Shown: positions 33,301 through 41,500 of the stretch, piece by piece
Layout: every line of letters begins with the position of its first letter
Position numbering within the stretch: position 1 is the first letter of the stretch
NCBI RefSeq assembly: GCF_964194025.1
Contig: NC_134480.1
Span: forward strand, 13,144,001-13,208,000
Length of the DNA stretch: 64,000 nucleotides
Direction: 5' to 3'
Origin: Convolutriloba macropyga
Taxonomy: Eukaryota
Notes under the pieces: generated by a model
Told to the model about the DNA's origin: nothing
What the model saw: only the letters and a program-made list of their open reading frames with translations
Database searches by the model: none
Translations under genes and position numbers: made by a program

Positions 33301-34454
33301 GCTCTGCCAAAAAGCAACACTACTCAATTGCGACTATTGTGTCAAGGTAACACAAGCAGGAGGGTTCAAGCTAGAAAGCAAAAAAATGATTTTCGTTTTT
33401 TTTTTCAGTTAAAACTATCCAAAACACTCGTAATATAATGGCACAAAAGACTTCGATGATACAGATTTATAAATATTTGTCCAAAACGATATTCATGTGG
33501 TAAAATATTCCTGTGATATTCCTTTTTATACGCCTGCAGGTTTAAAAAAGCTTTTCCATATACCCCGGTCAACAACTGTCGCAGTGGTGGTCAATGGCTT
33601 CATTCATTAACAGAATACAAAAAGATGAAAAATTCACCAGGTTTGTTTTTTCAAAATTTTTTACATGCTCAAGTTTTATATCCGGGTTAAAAAAATAATC
33701 TGACACTTTCTTCAATTCAGTTTAAAATATTTTTATTATGAATTCTAGCAATACGACGCAAAAAATGCAGCATTACAACCAATAACTTATGATCTCGAAA
33801 TTCGAGTCCACGTGACTCGAAGTCAATTTAGAAAAAGAGACCAAAATTAGAAAACTCATATGAAGCAGCATTAATCATCAAGTCTTGAAGAACAGCCTAG
33901 ACTTTTAAAAAAGAAGCAACTTTTATTTATCTACCACTTGTTTTGTTCTTTAAACTGTTAGACAATTTTCAACTATTAAAGAAATATAACTGATTCACTT
34001 TGGATGAACTGCTTTCAAACCTATGACCGGTTGAAAGATACATTAAAACCACAATTGAGTAAAATAAACAGCAAAGCCATTCTAGATAATTTTGATTAAT
34101 TGATGAATTTCCAAGTGATGTTCGTTAATCAATAAATATGGAAACTTTCCTCACATACCGGCTCAGGAAATTACGCTTTAATATGATATATTCAACATAT
34201 AACCATTTGTTAATAATAGCGCATATAAAATACCAACATGACATAAAAATTACCAAGTAATTATTTAGGAGCAGTTCATAATATGAACAGATCAAGTTCA
34301 TAGTGAATATAAAATTTGAAAGTACCTGTGAGTCATCGTTCAGTTGGGGTTGTTGTAGAGATTGTTTCTTACTGAGGAAGTCTTTGAGTGGAATCTGTTC
34401 CTCGAGCTGTTCATCCCTGTCCAAATCTAGAGAGATGTCTCTTTCTCCACTCAT
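357..34454 (-). CDS. STRIP1: Striatin-interacting protein (STRIP1/2, FAM40, Far11 family), multi-exon; 3' part runs off the window start
   Basis: Phase-compatible GT-AG exons read by hand: 34326-34454, 33119-33265, 26958-27170 (N-terminal, less certain), 26140-26218 (LDLDFIYDDSDHFASELA), 25653-25718 (EFYSYTEAADFDDNKESF), 2407-2541 (KEWSKL...LLDCLEVASEEKRLGAVRALAYLCQG), 1686-1962, 1056-1290 (PTKKTLLLLWKIIL), and 695 to ~400 (SLGG...LGLDPLPEDSIKVVRQMRASTPP). These match recalled STRIP N1221-domain motifs. The STRIP1 vs STRIP2 distinction does not apply to a single invertebrate gene. Confidence 0.9.
2648..3620 (+). repeat. Left TIR with G-tract, outer 29-bp array (GCGGCCGCCACGTATTAAGATTAGTTATA), two ~56-bp repeats and inner 29-bp array (GCCGCCGCAATGTATTAAGATTAGGTATA, ~14 copies)
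   Basis: Direct reverse-complement match to 20657-21619; repeat units read from the sequence. Confidence 0.95.
3776..8109 (-). pseudogene. Protein-primed family B DNA polymerase (pPolB) with N-terminal C2H2 zinc fingers and an internal Vsr/DUF559-like nuclease insert; frameshifted near 4500
   Basis: Exo motifs VFDFES, FNSGKYD, YNNKDV; Pol motifs DASQLYP, KLLGNSSYG, MDTDS, KTY. The ORF is split into 4429-8109 and 3776-4483. Confidence 0.95.
8221..8270. promoter_or_regulatory. CArG box + ATF/CRE-like + C/EBP-like sites in the divergent intergenic region upstream of pPolB
   Basis: TTCCATATAAGGAA (8221-8234), TGACGTAA (8236-8243), ATTACGCAAT (8261-8270). Confidence 0.55.
8561..8803 (+). CDS. 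Polinton hypothetical protein
   Basis: 80-aa ATG ORF overlapping the start of the next ORF; no recognisable motif. Confidence 0.4.
   Translation: MCFYNNIKTLEKKTPTLIEDNLYTIDVNVIILQTTNQSNFSIRKLVVKVNDIVLLISFSLLTFFYFNRLIREILLICETC
8797..9384 (+). CDS. Polinton accessory protein, possibly divergent PC4-like
   Basis: 195-aa ORF; segment AYIQKFDSKNGTFSEIDLKFDELEKIYQSL resembles the PC4 strand-strand-helix pattern (by eye). Confidence 0.55.
   Translation: MLIKNHLQILEKIYKRKEGIPDSYKIDEIDVDLYFFYNFLDIFTKSSRIIRFSKGLEYATFSIKKFQYEEFIAKQSFDLSSELHVSKYELLFNLNSVPDILEQNRNISQTNFVPLPEPITITSSLQSALYFHYYNDYNAVGVLIRFGIRLPNAYIQKFDSKNGTFSEIDLKFDELEKIYQSLTFLVNYVTSFQLK
9898..10625 (+). CDS. Polinton accessory protein: short folded N-terminus and acidic/Ser-Thr-Pro-rich tail
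   Basis: ATG at 9898 (MEFTVQ) inside ORF 9783-10625; TATA-like TATATATAG near 9568 and AATAAA near 10673. Confidence 0.7.
11261..12061 (-). CDS. Polinton hypothetical protein with basic NLS-like tract and STQT motif; probable premature TAG at codon 9
   Basis: 254-aa open frame 11261-12025; in-frame ATG at 12061 separated from it by a TAG near 12036. Confidence 0.65.
12121..12198. promoter_or_regulatory. Two CArG boxes + two bZIP-type sites in the second divergent intergenic region
   Basis: TTCCTTATAAGGAA (12121-12134), ATGACGCAAT (12145-12154), TTCCATATTTGGAA (12161-12174), ATGACATCAT (12189-12198). Confidence 0.55.
12338..12889 (+). pseudogene. Tandem PC4-like ssDNA-binding protein interrupted by an in-frame TGA (12536-12538)
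   Basis: ORFs 12338-12538 and 12593-12889 are in the same frame; YVQIRLFCRKENEFKQVTYVSYTLDEFKELIQNL resembles the PC4 fold signature. Confidence 0.6.
12893..13375 (+). CDS. Polinton accessory protein, PC4-like C-terminal half (likely ATG at 12968)
   Basis: VTISQHRWNGYQWSFLTNIELKKEEYENLLEHL pattern. Confidence 0.5.
   Translation: MLCDFVICLCLLYNKFFILKIFDLRMSWDIGCSRNIFLSLRDKSKVFHVRLHSELKRYSYTVLEAQNFPKLENLDIESQISEFKWVIHNGLRRTSLIYRSDKQQVTISQHRWNGYQWSFLTNIELKKEEYENLLEHLPTLLSYIEKFKKTCIDMDEGTQS
13372..13779 (+). CDS. Polinton hypothetical protein with HxxxHD motif (possibly phospholipase A2-like)
   Basis: GGLIG...FRLHAILHDSAG...GPGY...CFLGH motifs. Confidence 0.55.
   Translation: MMDIVILVNIFNCYGSILSMFPENEKRKNCCLAACKIWDENINLEEINQKFPHGGLIGYRNSFLDFFFARLKVFRLHAILHDSAGAVKATTNKGPGYCNMLPNFPSSCFLGHLTGLIFCVFIKFYHPQIFKMLDC
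13813..14307 (+). CDS. DEDD/DnaQ-fold exonuclease-like protein with C-terminal Cys/His cluster (Maelstrom-like)
   Basis: VVFDIE, KELG, HGINW, AKGLEK, LGCP, C-x6-H-x5-C. Confidence 0.75.
   Translation: MSLVVFDIECLEGKIVKELGVFKDGIVLGYSFLPPKDYKPTFQAKWNTKNLHGINWNNGKLEYTELSSIIHQHCSSTTEYFAKGLEKCNLLSNYLCKDVENLDELGCPKVSKLLNNSDTDWDCSNYPYRHKKTFHCAEKKAYAYGTWTLDFLITYNICNFYLYL
14409..14672 (+). pseudogene. Small two-TM membrane protein with premature TAA (14487-14489); missing from the ORF track
   Basis: Manual translation MTEHTD...QSW*CFGQTCNRSVVIFLAQFFVILLILACC...VWIAILSSTVGYILPSPKL; its stop overlaps the ATPase start as ATGA. Confidence 0.7.
14669..15541 (+). CDS. A32/FtsK-HerA family genome-packaging ATPase
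   Basis: Walker A GPSGSGKS, Walker B LLIFDD, AGRH arginine-finger region, HNLF. Confidence 0.95.
   Translation: MNKIISTKERIFISLVGPSGSGKSHLIHDWLIIGTFQPDFDKIYYFYQHYQSLYGLMSKNIKNIQFIQGVDFEFIQSLPNNGTKYLLIFDDSREEILSSKEFVKIATAGRHKGLSTIYIKHNLFHQSRLGRDIELQNTHIVLFKSPRDVLQINTLSQQLGLGSQLKDWYTKATSIPYGHLLIDLTPKTVDSLRFCRNSGSIPTIFFPKTKQEITFLNDEHTTSLYADNVPNVFPELQEIVPKKLSKRFHSVSKRMHSKPSRGTTTGNTKTRRNKVQRRNSSTRAKKNRNK
15321..15623 (+). CDS. Small basic Polinton protein overlapping the ATPase 3' end in another frame
   Basis: FIQYLNECIVNLLGGQL...KYRDEIHQL...KRRAIL pattern recalled from the ORF that follows Polinton ATPases. Confidence 0.7.
   Translation: MNTQHLSTLITFQTYSQNFKKSFLRNCPKDFIQYLNECIVNLLGGQLQEIQKQGVIKYRDEIHQLVLKRTGINKRRAILSSRKGIELISILTPSTINRLS
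15625..16032 (+). CDS. Polinton hypothetical protein
   Basis: 135-aa ATG ORF tightly packed between the previous ORF and the integrase. Confidence 0.7.
   Translation: MEQFVLIPQHLYEQKFKLEVKKLDTFEQKPVSVPTHLNPNYKEISNKTRSLKNESIVDQILNSPRVKLSLNDTILLDGRDTEVAFADFIFALKRKNVDFPDIYYTILDATGINPQKVINKDAKSKDRGSWIPFKI
15986..16926 (+). pseudogene. Retroviral-like (rve) DDE integrase, frameshifted at the A-run 16118-16125
   Basis: N-part LYRDGKAAYGSIKNL joins in the -1 frame to FLHSKDSYTKY...WCLD...VDQGTEY...AERAIKSLK; C-terminal GKFYEQEL. Confidence 0.93.
16929..17741 (+). pseudogene. Minor capsid (penton) protein with two premature TAA codons (16977, 17175)
   Basis: MSSFTVELVSNAS...PNNTLSSFTNFLP..INLDGEWEVAI...IYSDIVE..IVGD...LLRCI...IKLELRDSYGEKVPF. 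Confidence 0.88.
17759..18114 (+). pseudogene. Arg-rich core/membrane-active virion protein precursor, frameshifted near 17836
   Basis: MVADSDLPYFRGYSRQRGRGFGALAQ / IGRTAIPFLRRYVVP...QLGGGKIRKRR...RRRRTRSDIF; Gly-rich sites resemble adenain cleavage motifs. Confidence 0.75.
18111..19439 (+). CDS. Major capsid protein (double jelly-roll), intact
   Basis: 442 aa; NNLLHSLFSNCEVYLN, KLLLPNTKVRLKLIR, AFTGHFQENPFHYQ, VFDLT. Confidence 0.93.
   Translation: MNTRSTNDSNFRYGHFTNSCLEIFDKIPVLEPIESSHVQEVYPSTSLDESSIEFEFETDRTIYLDMRDIHVQIKVGLQKGRLFDDFMKKDEHGKADMGMSFTDDDSHYLTHVNNLLHSLFSNCEVYLNNQQVYNSNGLYGHKALISNEFNASTRNNEGILACHGYEFEKEPSDFEKNPFIDREEELLLKNGTTYYGKLAIDLFQCEKLLLPNTKVRLKLIRARPNFYMISYNPYVSLKVLDCSLFTRRVVVNEVYHQTIKYQLTHQPACYNFMETIARTFIIPSGQNQFIQENVFNNAPIRRVAIAMNTNSAFTGHFQENPFHYQKFGLRELRIVRGGRAIESVDTTNDCREYVTRMKAMNFNEKIPALPHNLFQNHYVLVFDLTSLQDAGESIHYPELSGESIRLEMFFDRPLRSVTELIVLGERMSTVKIDQFGTVAKKV
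19584..19868 (+). CDS. Small single-pass membrane protein with six-Cys, EGF-like C-terminus
   Basis: Hydrophobic FFVYVPLLIFLVLFIIILFY; CC-x11-C-x5-C-x4-C-x8-C including NPCVNGTC. Confidence 0.65.
   Translation: MDVNWGRTNLNFFVYVPLLIFLVLFIIILFYPKSHNNSVDKIKKSSNLLLEQGKKSNDCCFYEENESFQLDCTVRNPCVNGTCEIKQRKIVCHG
19861..20259 (+). CDS. Adenain-like cysteine protease
   Basis: YIGSFPAD, IINT, GEHW (His), ADS (Asp), Q-x5-CG (Gln, Cys). Confidence 0.93.
   Translation: MDNTSLRQIIERIPELKYRYIGSFPADCVPRLPTFSFAIINTSPSSEAGEHWIMIARLNRTYYYADSLARLITKYKFLNKKYQKMIQQPVQKTDNLCGFYTIFAAFQIFKFFQTKLNKVHDVHVLNFISNYM
20576..20647 (-). tRNA. Initiator tRNA-Met (CAT) inside the Polinton
   Basis: AGCAAGA TG GCGC AGCGAAA GCGT G CTGGG CTCATAA CCCAG AGGTC GGTAG ATCGAAA CTACC TCTTGCT G. 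All four stems pair; A1:T72, three G-C pairs at the anticodon stem base and the ATCGAAA T-loop are eukaryotic initiator hallmarks. TTTT terminator at 20544-20547. Confidence 0.95.
20657..21619 (-). repeat. Right TIR (inner array ~8 copies, longer outer array, expanded C-tract)
   Basis: Reverse complement of the left TIR with different repeat copy numbers and a ~60-bp extra segment near 20891-20950. Confidence 0.95.
23437..25157. repeat. ~598-bp tandem repeat, ~3 copies, intronic
   Basis: Near-identical ORFs at 23936 and 24534 (offset 598); the unit recurs from ~23437, ~24030 and ~24630. Confidence 0.9.
27432..28190 (-). mobile_element. 5'-truncated, decayed CR1/L2-like LINE (RT C-terminus) with (TAC)n tail
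   Basis: CFADDTKL, VSDLGI, LKW..YI, LYGSQVWSP; GTAGTAGTAGTAGTA at ~27433-27447. Confidence 0.8.
27709..29563. repeat. 926-bp tandem duplication copying part of the LINE and flank
   Basis: Identical ORF starts at 28014 and 28940 (offset 926). Confidence 0.9.
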
Positions 34455-35763
34455 AGTTTATAGTAACTATTTATACGCTAAATTACATAAAAACTGACAA
34501 AATCTTCTATAGAAATGACAATTTCTGGAACAGTGATCTCCAGTTTCCGGCAGTCAATTCGTAATTCTCACATTTTGTACCTGAAAGACAAAAGACCTAG
34601 TTATCACCTAAAGGAGTTCCGTAGATAAGCAAAACTACCAATTAAATCAGACTTGAAGACTTGTTTGAACTCAATACAAGTATCCTGGTGGTAGAATAAT
34701 GGATAGAAAGTACATAGAATACAATTATCTAAATCTTCCTCTTGCTCTTTTTTAAAAGTATTTTCCAGCTGTTATTTTCTAAACACCACCTCGCGATCGT
34801 TTCATGCCCTCGTTAAACTATGACCATAGTAATTGATAGTTCTACATTTATGAGAGTATATAATAATGTTAATGGATTACACCACCATTTATTGCACCAA
34901 ACAAAATATTATCAGGTCAAAACACGCATTAGCTCATTCGTATAGGGTAAAAAAACCAAAATTTCTGTGAGCTGCGAGAAAACATATAATCTCTTTTAAA
35001 TTGCATTAGTTTGTTCACACAGGCTTGACAAAAACAAAAGATTTGTTCACCTGAGCAGAGAAAATGAAATCAGACGGAACGCTGTCGAACAACTGACGCG
35101 CACTGTCTTCTATTGCAACATACGTTTACGAATAAAGGGGTAGAAGCGAGACATGAAGTTTATCAAGGAGCTTCATATGATGTTATTTGTACTCATGTTG
35201 TCCACGAGTAATATTTGAAGTCAAAAAAGGAAACCAACCCAGCACTCTCTTCAATTGATTACATTCAATAAAATGATGCCAATTTAGTAAAGCTGATTAG
35301 AATTGTGAACCAGAGAGCAATTTAGATCACGCAAAAATCAAAAAGTCAAGCATGATTGAAGTCACTCGAAAAGTCGAAACGGCCAAGCGAAAATATTGCA
35401 TTAGACACACATGAACACATTAGATGCTTCAAACCGCGCTCGAGAGCAACTAATTAAATCAGTCTGATTACCGAAAAAAACATGAAAAACTTTGCTTCAT
35501 GAAAAACGATAATGCCATGATGCCAGCATACTGACAGATTGCACGAGCTTTTAAATGAACAATTGTTGTTTTTAGGAAACGAGTCTGTTATTCCAATAAT
35601 ACTTTTGTTAAAATTAATAATCAAAAGCTCCGTTCATGACTTTCCACTCGAAATCTTTCAATATGCTTTCTAGAGCCTAAAACTCAATTCAAATGAGTAA
35701 AAATAACAAATAAATAAAAATATGACGTGTCCAGAACTGTTAAGGGGGCGAAATTTAAAACAG

Positions 35764-36129
35764 TAAAACTATTGCAAGATTTTTACGGATTGCATTTAAA
35801 ACTATTGCAAGATTTTTACGGATTGCATTTAAAACTATTGCAAGATTTTTACGGATTGCATTTAAAACTATTGCAAGATTTTTACGGATTGCATTTAAAA
35901 CTATTGCAAGATTTTTACGGATTGCATTTAAAACTATTGCAAGATTTTTACGGATTGCATTTAAAACTATTGCAAGATTTTTACGGATTGCATTTAAAAC
36001 TATTGCAAGATTTTTACGGATTGCATTTAAAACTATTGCAAGATTTTTACGGATTGCATTTAAAACTATTGCAAGATTTTTACGGATTGCATTTAAAACT
36101 ATTGCAAGATTTTTACGGATTGCATTTAA
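35764..36129. repeat. Perfect 33-bp minisatellite x11 (TAAAACTATTGCAAGATTTTTACGGATTGCATT)
   Basis: Direct reading; produces the KLLQDFYGLHL x11 ORF. Confidence 0.97.
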
Positions 36130-37156
36130 TAGTTTTCATTGATTTCCTGATTCCATAAACAAAAAATGAGCATGATCATCTAGTTATTACTTATGGGGTC
36201 ATCTTGACAAACCTGAAACCAAATATTTATAGAGCAAGTGAAAAAATAAAAAGGCAAAAATAGTCAGCTGGAAAGCAAGAGCACTTTCTGATCATAATTC
36301 CGTGACTACGTCGATTCTTCCAAATTCTAAACCATATTTGAATTTTCTTTGAGTCGTACAATTTGAAAAAATTGTGGTAGCATACTCCAGCAGTTTCGAA
36401 GTTAGTAAGTAACAGCCTTAGAGCATTGAGGCGATCCGCTTCTCTTCAAACATAAACAGAACATAACCGACCACAGTCGGGCAAATTGGTCTTATACGAC
36501 TGCCGAGCGGTTGGCTTCAATATGTTAAGATCGCTATCGACAAACGAAACTAATCTACAGTTACACTCACACAAACCAACAATAACTTTACTCTGAAGTC
36601 AAATTTATTCTGAACAATCGGTCGGAGACCAGTGAAAAAAATGGTGCGAGTCAAAGAGTGGCAACTTTTTTTCGGCGTTTTTGGTCCCGTCCTAACAGAT
36701 GTATGAACACAGACCATACTGGTCTTTCAACAAAAAAATATCTCATTCTGCCCATAATCTGCTGATGATCAAAAAGAGTTTTATTTCAATCCACATTTCC
36801 ACACTTTTTACGAGCTCATCCGCAGCTAGCATAAATTGCTTGCATCGATTAAAAAAACATGCAACAACATTACATCTTGACTCATTGCATTGGAGAATTA
36901 ATAGTACTGTTAAATGACACGACTACGAATATAAATTTTAAAAAAAATATGGCTCTCAGCGCCTACCATGTCACTATTTGCAGCTCATTTGCCTAGAAAT
37001 TACTTCTCATGTCTAGCAAATGGACGAAAGAGAAGACCGAAAATAGATTTAATTCCCATTTGTGAAGATTAATTGCTTTCAAGATATCAAATTAGAACTA
37101 TTGAAAAGAACTTCACAAGTAAAAACTTAGTTGCTATCATTTATAATAATTCATAT

Positions 37157-38275
37157 CTAATGCGCATAGTTTTTAATGTTAGAGTGCACCTCAATGTTCA
37201 GCATGTGTTTCACACTGACAACTATATTCTCAATCTGAGGCATCGTTAGTCGCTCTAAATTTGCCGCATACGGCACCGGAACATCGGCTTGTGTGACTCG
37301 CATAGGATTAGCATCTAGAAAATCAAAAGCATCGGATTCCACAATCCTAGTAATAATTTCAGCTCCAATACCACTTTGGGGCCATCCACCCTCGACTGTG
37401 AGTAAATAGTTAGTCTTTCGAACCGAATTGCAAATAGTCTCTGTATCCATAGGTCTCAACGTCCGCAAATTGACAACCTCGGCCTCGACTCCAAATTCCT
37501 GTTTCAGGACCTGAGCTGCTTCAAGGCACAGTCCAACATGTTTCGAGAACGAAACAATAGTGACGTCTTTGCCTTCAAGCTCGATATGCGCTTTTCCAAT
37601 GGGCAAGAGGAAATCTTCACTCTTGGCTTCTTCGCTGATTTCTGTAGGATTTCCGTAGGCCAATTCATTTTCAAGGAAAACAACAGGATCGTCATCACGA
37701 ACCGCAGATTTCAAAAGTCCTCGGTAGTCTTCACCAGAAAATGGCGCAATGACTTTCAGTCCTGGAACGTGCGAGTAATAGGCTCCGTAGCAAACGCTAT
37801 GCTGTGCTGCAACTCCAGCCGCTGCCCCATTCGGACCCCGAAATACAATAGGACATTTGACGTCACCAGCCGACATGTAATGGGATTTCGCAGCCGAGTT
37901 CACAATCTGGTCGATGGCCTGCATCGAGAAATTGAACGTCATGAACTCGCAGATTGGTCTCAGACCTGCAAATGCCGCACCCACAGCCATTCCTGCAAAA
38001 CCCAGTTCAGTAATTGGTGTGTCGATAACACGCTTGTCTCCCCATTTTGTGTGCAGGTTCTTCGTAACTTTGTACGCCCCGTTATATTGCGCAACCTCCT
38101 CGCCCATCAGGAAAACTCGATCGTCTCTGGTAATTTCTTCGTCAATTGCGCTGTTTAGTGCATCTCGAATCGTCGTTTGTTGCGATGCCATTAGTCTGTT
38201 TTGTTGCATTTGCAGAGATTGAACTTGTCTCTGAGCCTTGGACAGCATAGTAAGGCACCGCTTCATGTTCAACAT
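37157..38275 (-). CDS. PDHB: Pyruvate dehydrogenase E1 beta subunit, mitochondrial; intronless CDS
   Basis: [59 protein letters not shown]; basic N-terminal transit-like peptide. Confidence 0.97.
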   Translation of the reverse strand: MLNMKRCLTMLSKAQRQVQSLQMQQNRLMASQQTTIRDALNSAIDEEITRDDRVFLMGEEVAQYNGAYKVTKNLHTKWGDKRVIDTPITELGFAGMAVGAAFAGLRPICEFMTFNFSMQAIDQIVNSAAKSHYMSAGDVKCPIVFRGPNGAAAGVAAQHSVCYGAYYSHVPGLKVIAPFSGEDYRGLLKSAVRDDDPVVFLENELAYGNPTEISEEAKSEDFLLPIGKAHIELEGKDVTIVSFSKHVGLCLEAAQVLKQEFGVEAEVVNLRTLRPMDTETICNSVRKTNYLLTVEGGWPQSGIGAEIITRIVESDAFDFLDANPMRVTQADVPVPYAANLERLTMPQIENIVVSVKHMLNIEVHSNIKNYAH

Positions 38276-38576
38276 TGCTTCTGAAAACAGTATTGATAGC
38301 CGAGCGCAAAATACAATCTACTGGTATCCTGTTTCACGCGTCTGATAATGACAAGACTGAAGCTTGCTAGCTGTTTCTTGCGCTTTTAATTAAAAATTCT
38401 TAACTGAGTTTCGCATAAAATGCAGTACGTAATCAGCTTAGATTCTTTCATTCTTTCAGTCCACTTAGTTTTATGCATCGATAAAAACTGCATATAATAC
38501 TAAATTAAGCGTCAGTTTACTTTCAATTTATCAACAACTGTAAACAATATCAGTATCAATGTGAAATTAAGGCGTG

Positions 38577-41500
38577 TTATCGTTTTCTAAACTGCTTTTT
38601 GCGTCTAGGTCCTCTCTGTCCAATCTTTTGACGCTCTCGCCTTCTCGGATCCCTTGTCAACAAACCGGACAGTCTTAACTTTTCCACTAAATTCTCCTCT
38701 AAAAATGGCACCATAGCTCTGGACAATGCCAGTCTAACGGAATTTGATTGGCTACTTCGACCACCGCCCTCGACGGTGGCATTAATGTGAAACTTTTCGT
38801 ACATTTTGGTGACTGATATTGGAAACATGACTTGTTCTCTGTCTTGTATAAAGTCAAAATGTTCACTTAGAAGGCGTCCGTTGATAGTGACCTGTGGTTC
38901 TTCGTCTTCTTTGCAAGGTCTTACTTCAACCTAAACATAAAACAAAAAATAATAGCCGAAAGTTCAACCAAACATGCAATTTACTAAGAACGCGCCGACT
39001 GAAAACTATGATGAAAACCAAAATGATTGAGACCCTCGCAAACCTTGCAAATTATTATTCGACTGTACTAAGCCAGGCTAAGCTAAAGATAAAGTTTTGG
39101 GCACATAATGGGACGCTTTCAAACTGAAGTCTTCGTGTAGCCATCAAAATTATTTTGCATCTAATATCTAGTAGCAGATTAGTAGAATATTTTATGTTTC
39201 AAATGGCATAAAATCAGTACTAGTCGGGCTTTTAGCAATTCTGTTATAGGTTTAATGGGAGCGAAAAGGAGCGCGCACGAAATTTGATCGAGATTACTCA
39301 ATGCAACAAAAAACCTTCAGTAGAAAAACAGGATTTGTAAATTGCTCCAACAAAGATGTGGAAAATGACTGAAGCGCAATAAGAGTTGAGCTCGTAGGAC
39401 TATTTAAAAAACAGGTATTTCATATTATAGCCCCCCATTATGGTATGATTACACTGAATGGGGGGGGGGGGCTATACGTTATTTCACCACTGAAACGGTG
39501 GAATATAATGAGGAAAAACCCAACATCACTACTGGATTTTGGACAAAAATTTTGTCAAGGATCGAGACATCATCAATCAGGCTGCATAAAATTTGTGAAC
39601 CATATTAAAGGACACTTAAGTGCAGAACACAACCCAGTTATACAACCTTTGCTCTGGCAGTGAACTTGCTCCCTTTGGCTACAGCGACTCTGTCGTAGGG
39701 ATTGCTTTGGAGGAATCCGTCGACGTTATTGATAGTTGGAGCCATATTTCGCCCTTCGTTGCCGTCAAATGATGAACTGACTGATGAGTCTGTTTTCACT
39801 CTGAACACATCCAGCAGTGCCTCGTACTTTGCTGCCATTGGATGACACCTAAATATCCCATTACATGCATTCATCATCGATACATACTGAATACTACTAA
39901 AAATTTTGGGATCTCTATTTTTGCCGGCCAAGCTTAAGGAATGCTCAATTTTCGATTAAAAAAACTTGAGTAATCCTTTCTGGGTATTTTAACGCATTGG
40001 GATTACAGAAAACGCCGGAAACTCATTCGAAGTCAACACTTGGAACACAAATCTGGCAAAAATCCAGTTAGAAAAATAATTGCTATGAACTTCGTTCAAG
40101 AGCAATTAAAAATATTGTCAAGCAGTTTTTTTTAGAAATTGAACATTAGGTTAAGGCTGCAATTTCTTTCATGTTTACCGAAGAGCCATAACTTGCTATC
40201 AAAAACGTAATTAAAACAGTTTTGCCAATCTCCGAGATAGTTTTACACAACATAAAAAATACTCAATACTGGATTCCGAAAGGGCTGATCTTTTCTCAAA
40301 TGAACATAAATGCTTGCAGTCTCTATCAGTCTAAATTGTTTGATTGGTAATAGCTACTTCCTGTCAGAGAAAGTAACAAGAAGGTTCAGTGCGTTGCACA
40401 GAATGGTCGAATATATCTCTCAAAGTTGCAAAAAAAATTTAAAATTGTCAGAAAACCCGCCATGGGTATCCGAAAGCAAACCATATGCATTGGAGAAAAT
40501 TAGTTGTCCTATTTTAACCAAAAACATGCCATATTTTTGGCAGACAGAAACGAAAACTCTTCGCCAGCTTCTAGAAAGGTAAGAGCAGAACAATTTGAAA
40601 CACAGACAAAGAAAAAACCATAAAACCAACACTCAACACATTTTACACAAAAAACAACACCAAATAAAATTAATGGGTCAATACTCAAGATTCGTCTGTT
40701 CATTTAGGTCCTGTCTATTTCTTAAAAAACTTTGCGTGCACTTTTTCAAGCAATTCTATAAACTTTGATAATTCATGAACATAAAAAATATCTCAAAACG
40801 TGTCACCGAGATCCGAAAACAAACTGTTTTGATTTTGGACTTACTTAATGCCGCCATTTTTAGAAAAAACTACGTAATTTCTGTAATTTACATGTATGCC
40901 GACAGCTTTTGTCCTCTGCCTCTACATTTTATTTACCATTTAAACGAACCAACTCTCTAAAACTAGCTATCTCTATTACAAATGAGCTTTTTAGCATAAT
41001 GGGCCAATTATTTTTAAAAAATCTCAATGTGATATCAGCGAAAAATAAAAATAGATTTTCGTCTTCTCGGATACTTGAAGCGGCATTCAGTAGCAAATAT
41101 TAAGCCGTTTCTCAAGTACTTGAAGACTTCTGACAGTTTTTGCTTCTTGCCTCTATTTTTATTTAACAGTTAAAGGAACAAACTCTCTAAGATTTCTCCT
41201 TTTTTGTCCCTCTTACACACATCACATTTTTAAAACAAATACACACACACGCGCACACATATACGTACACCCACACAAGCCATAACACACACAAATCTCG
41301 CCACCAGAAAGATCCTTCTTGGCATCTGGTCTTTTACTCAAGGCTCGTCGTAATTGATTTAGGTCTTGATTATTTTTTCTGGAAAATTAGATGTATACTT
41401 CTTGAGCAAATGGTATCGCTCAATGTAAAATTTGTGAATTCTACCTTAAAGTTTTAATGGGCCCAAATTGTTTTTTAAAAAAAAACAGATGGGTTTGTTA

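Noticed and set aside
35727-36158. 143-aa KLLQDFYGLHL repeat protein
   Set aside because: By-product of a 33-bp minisatellite with zero synonymous variation and a GTG start.
37538-38222. Plus-strand ORFs over PDHB (likewise those antisense to RPL36A, MRPS9, pPolB and STRIP)
   Set aside because: Antisense shadows of real coding sequence.
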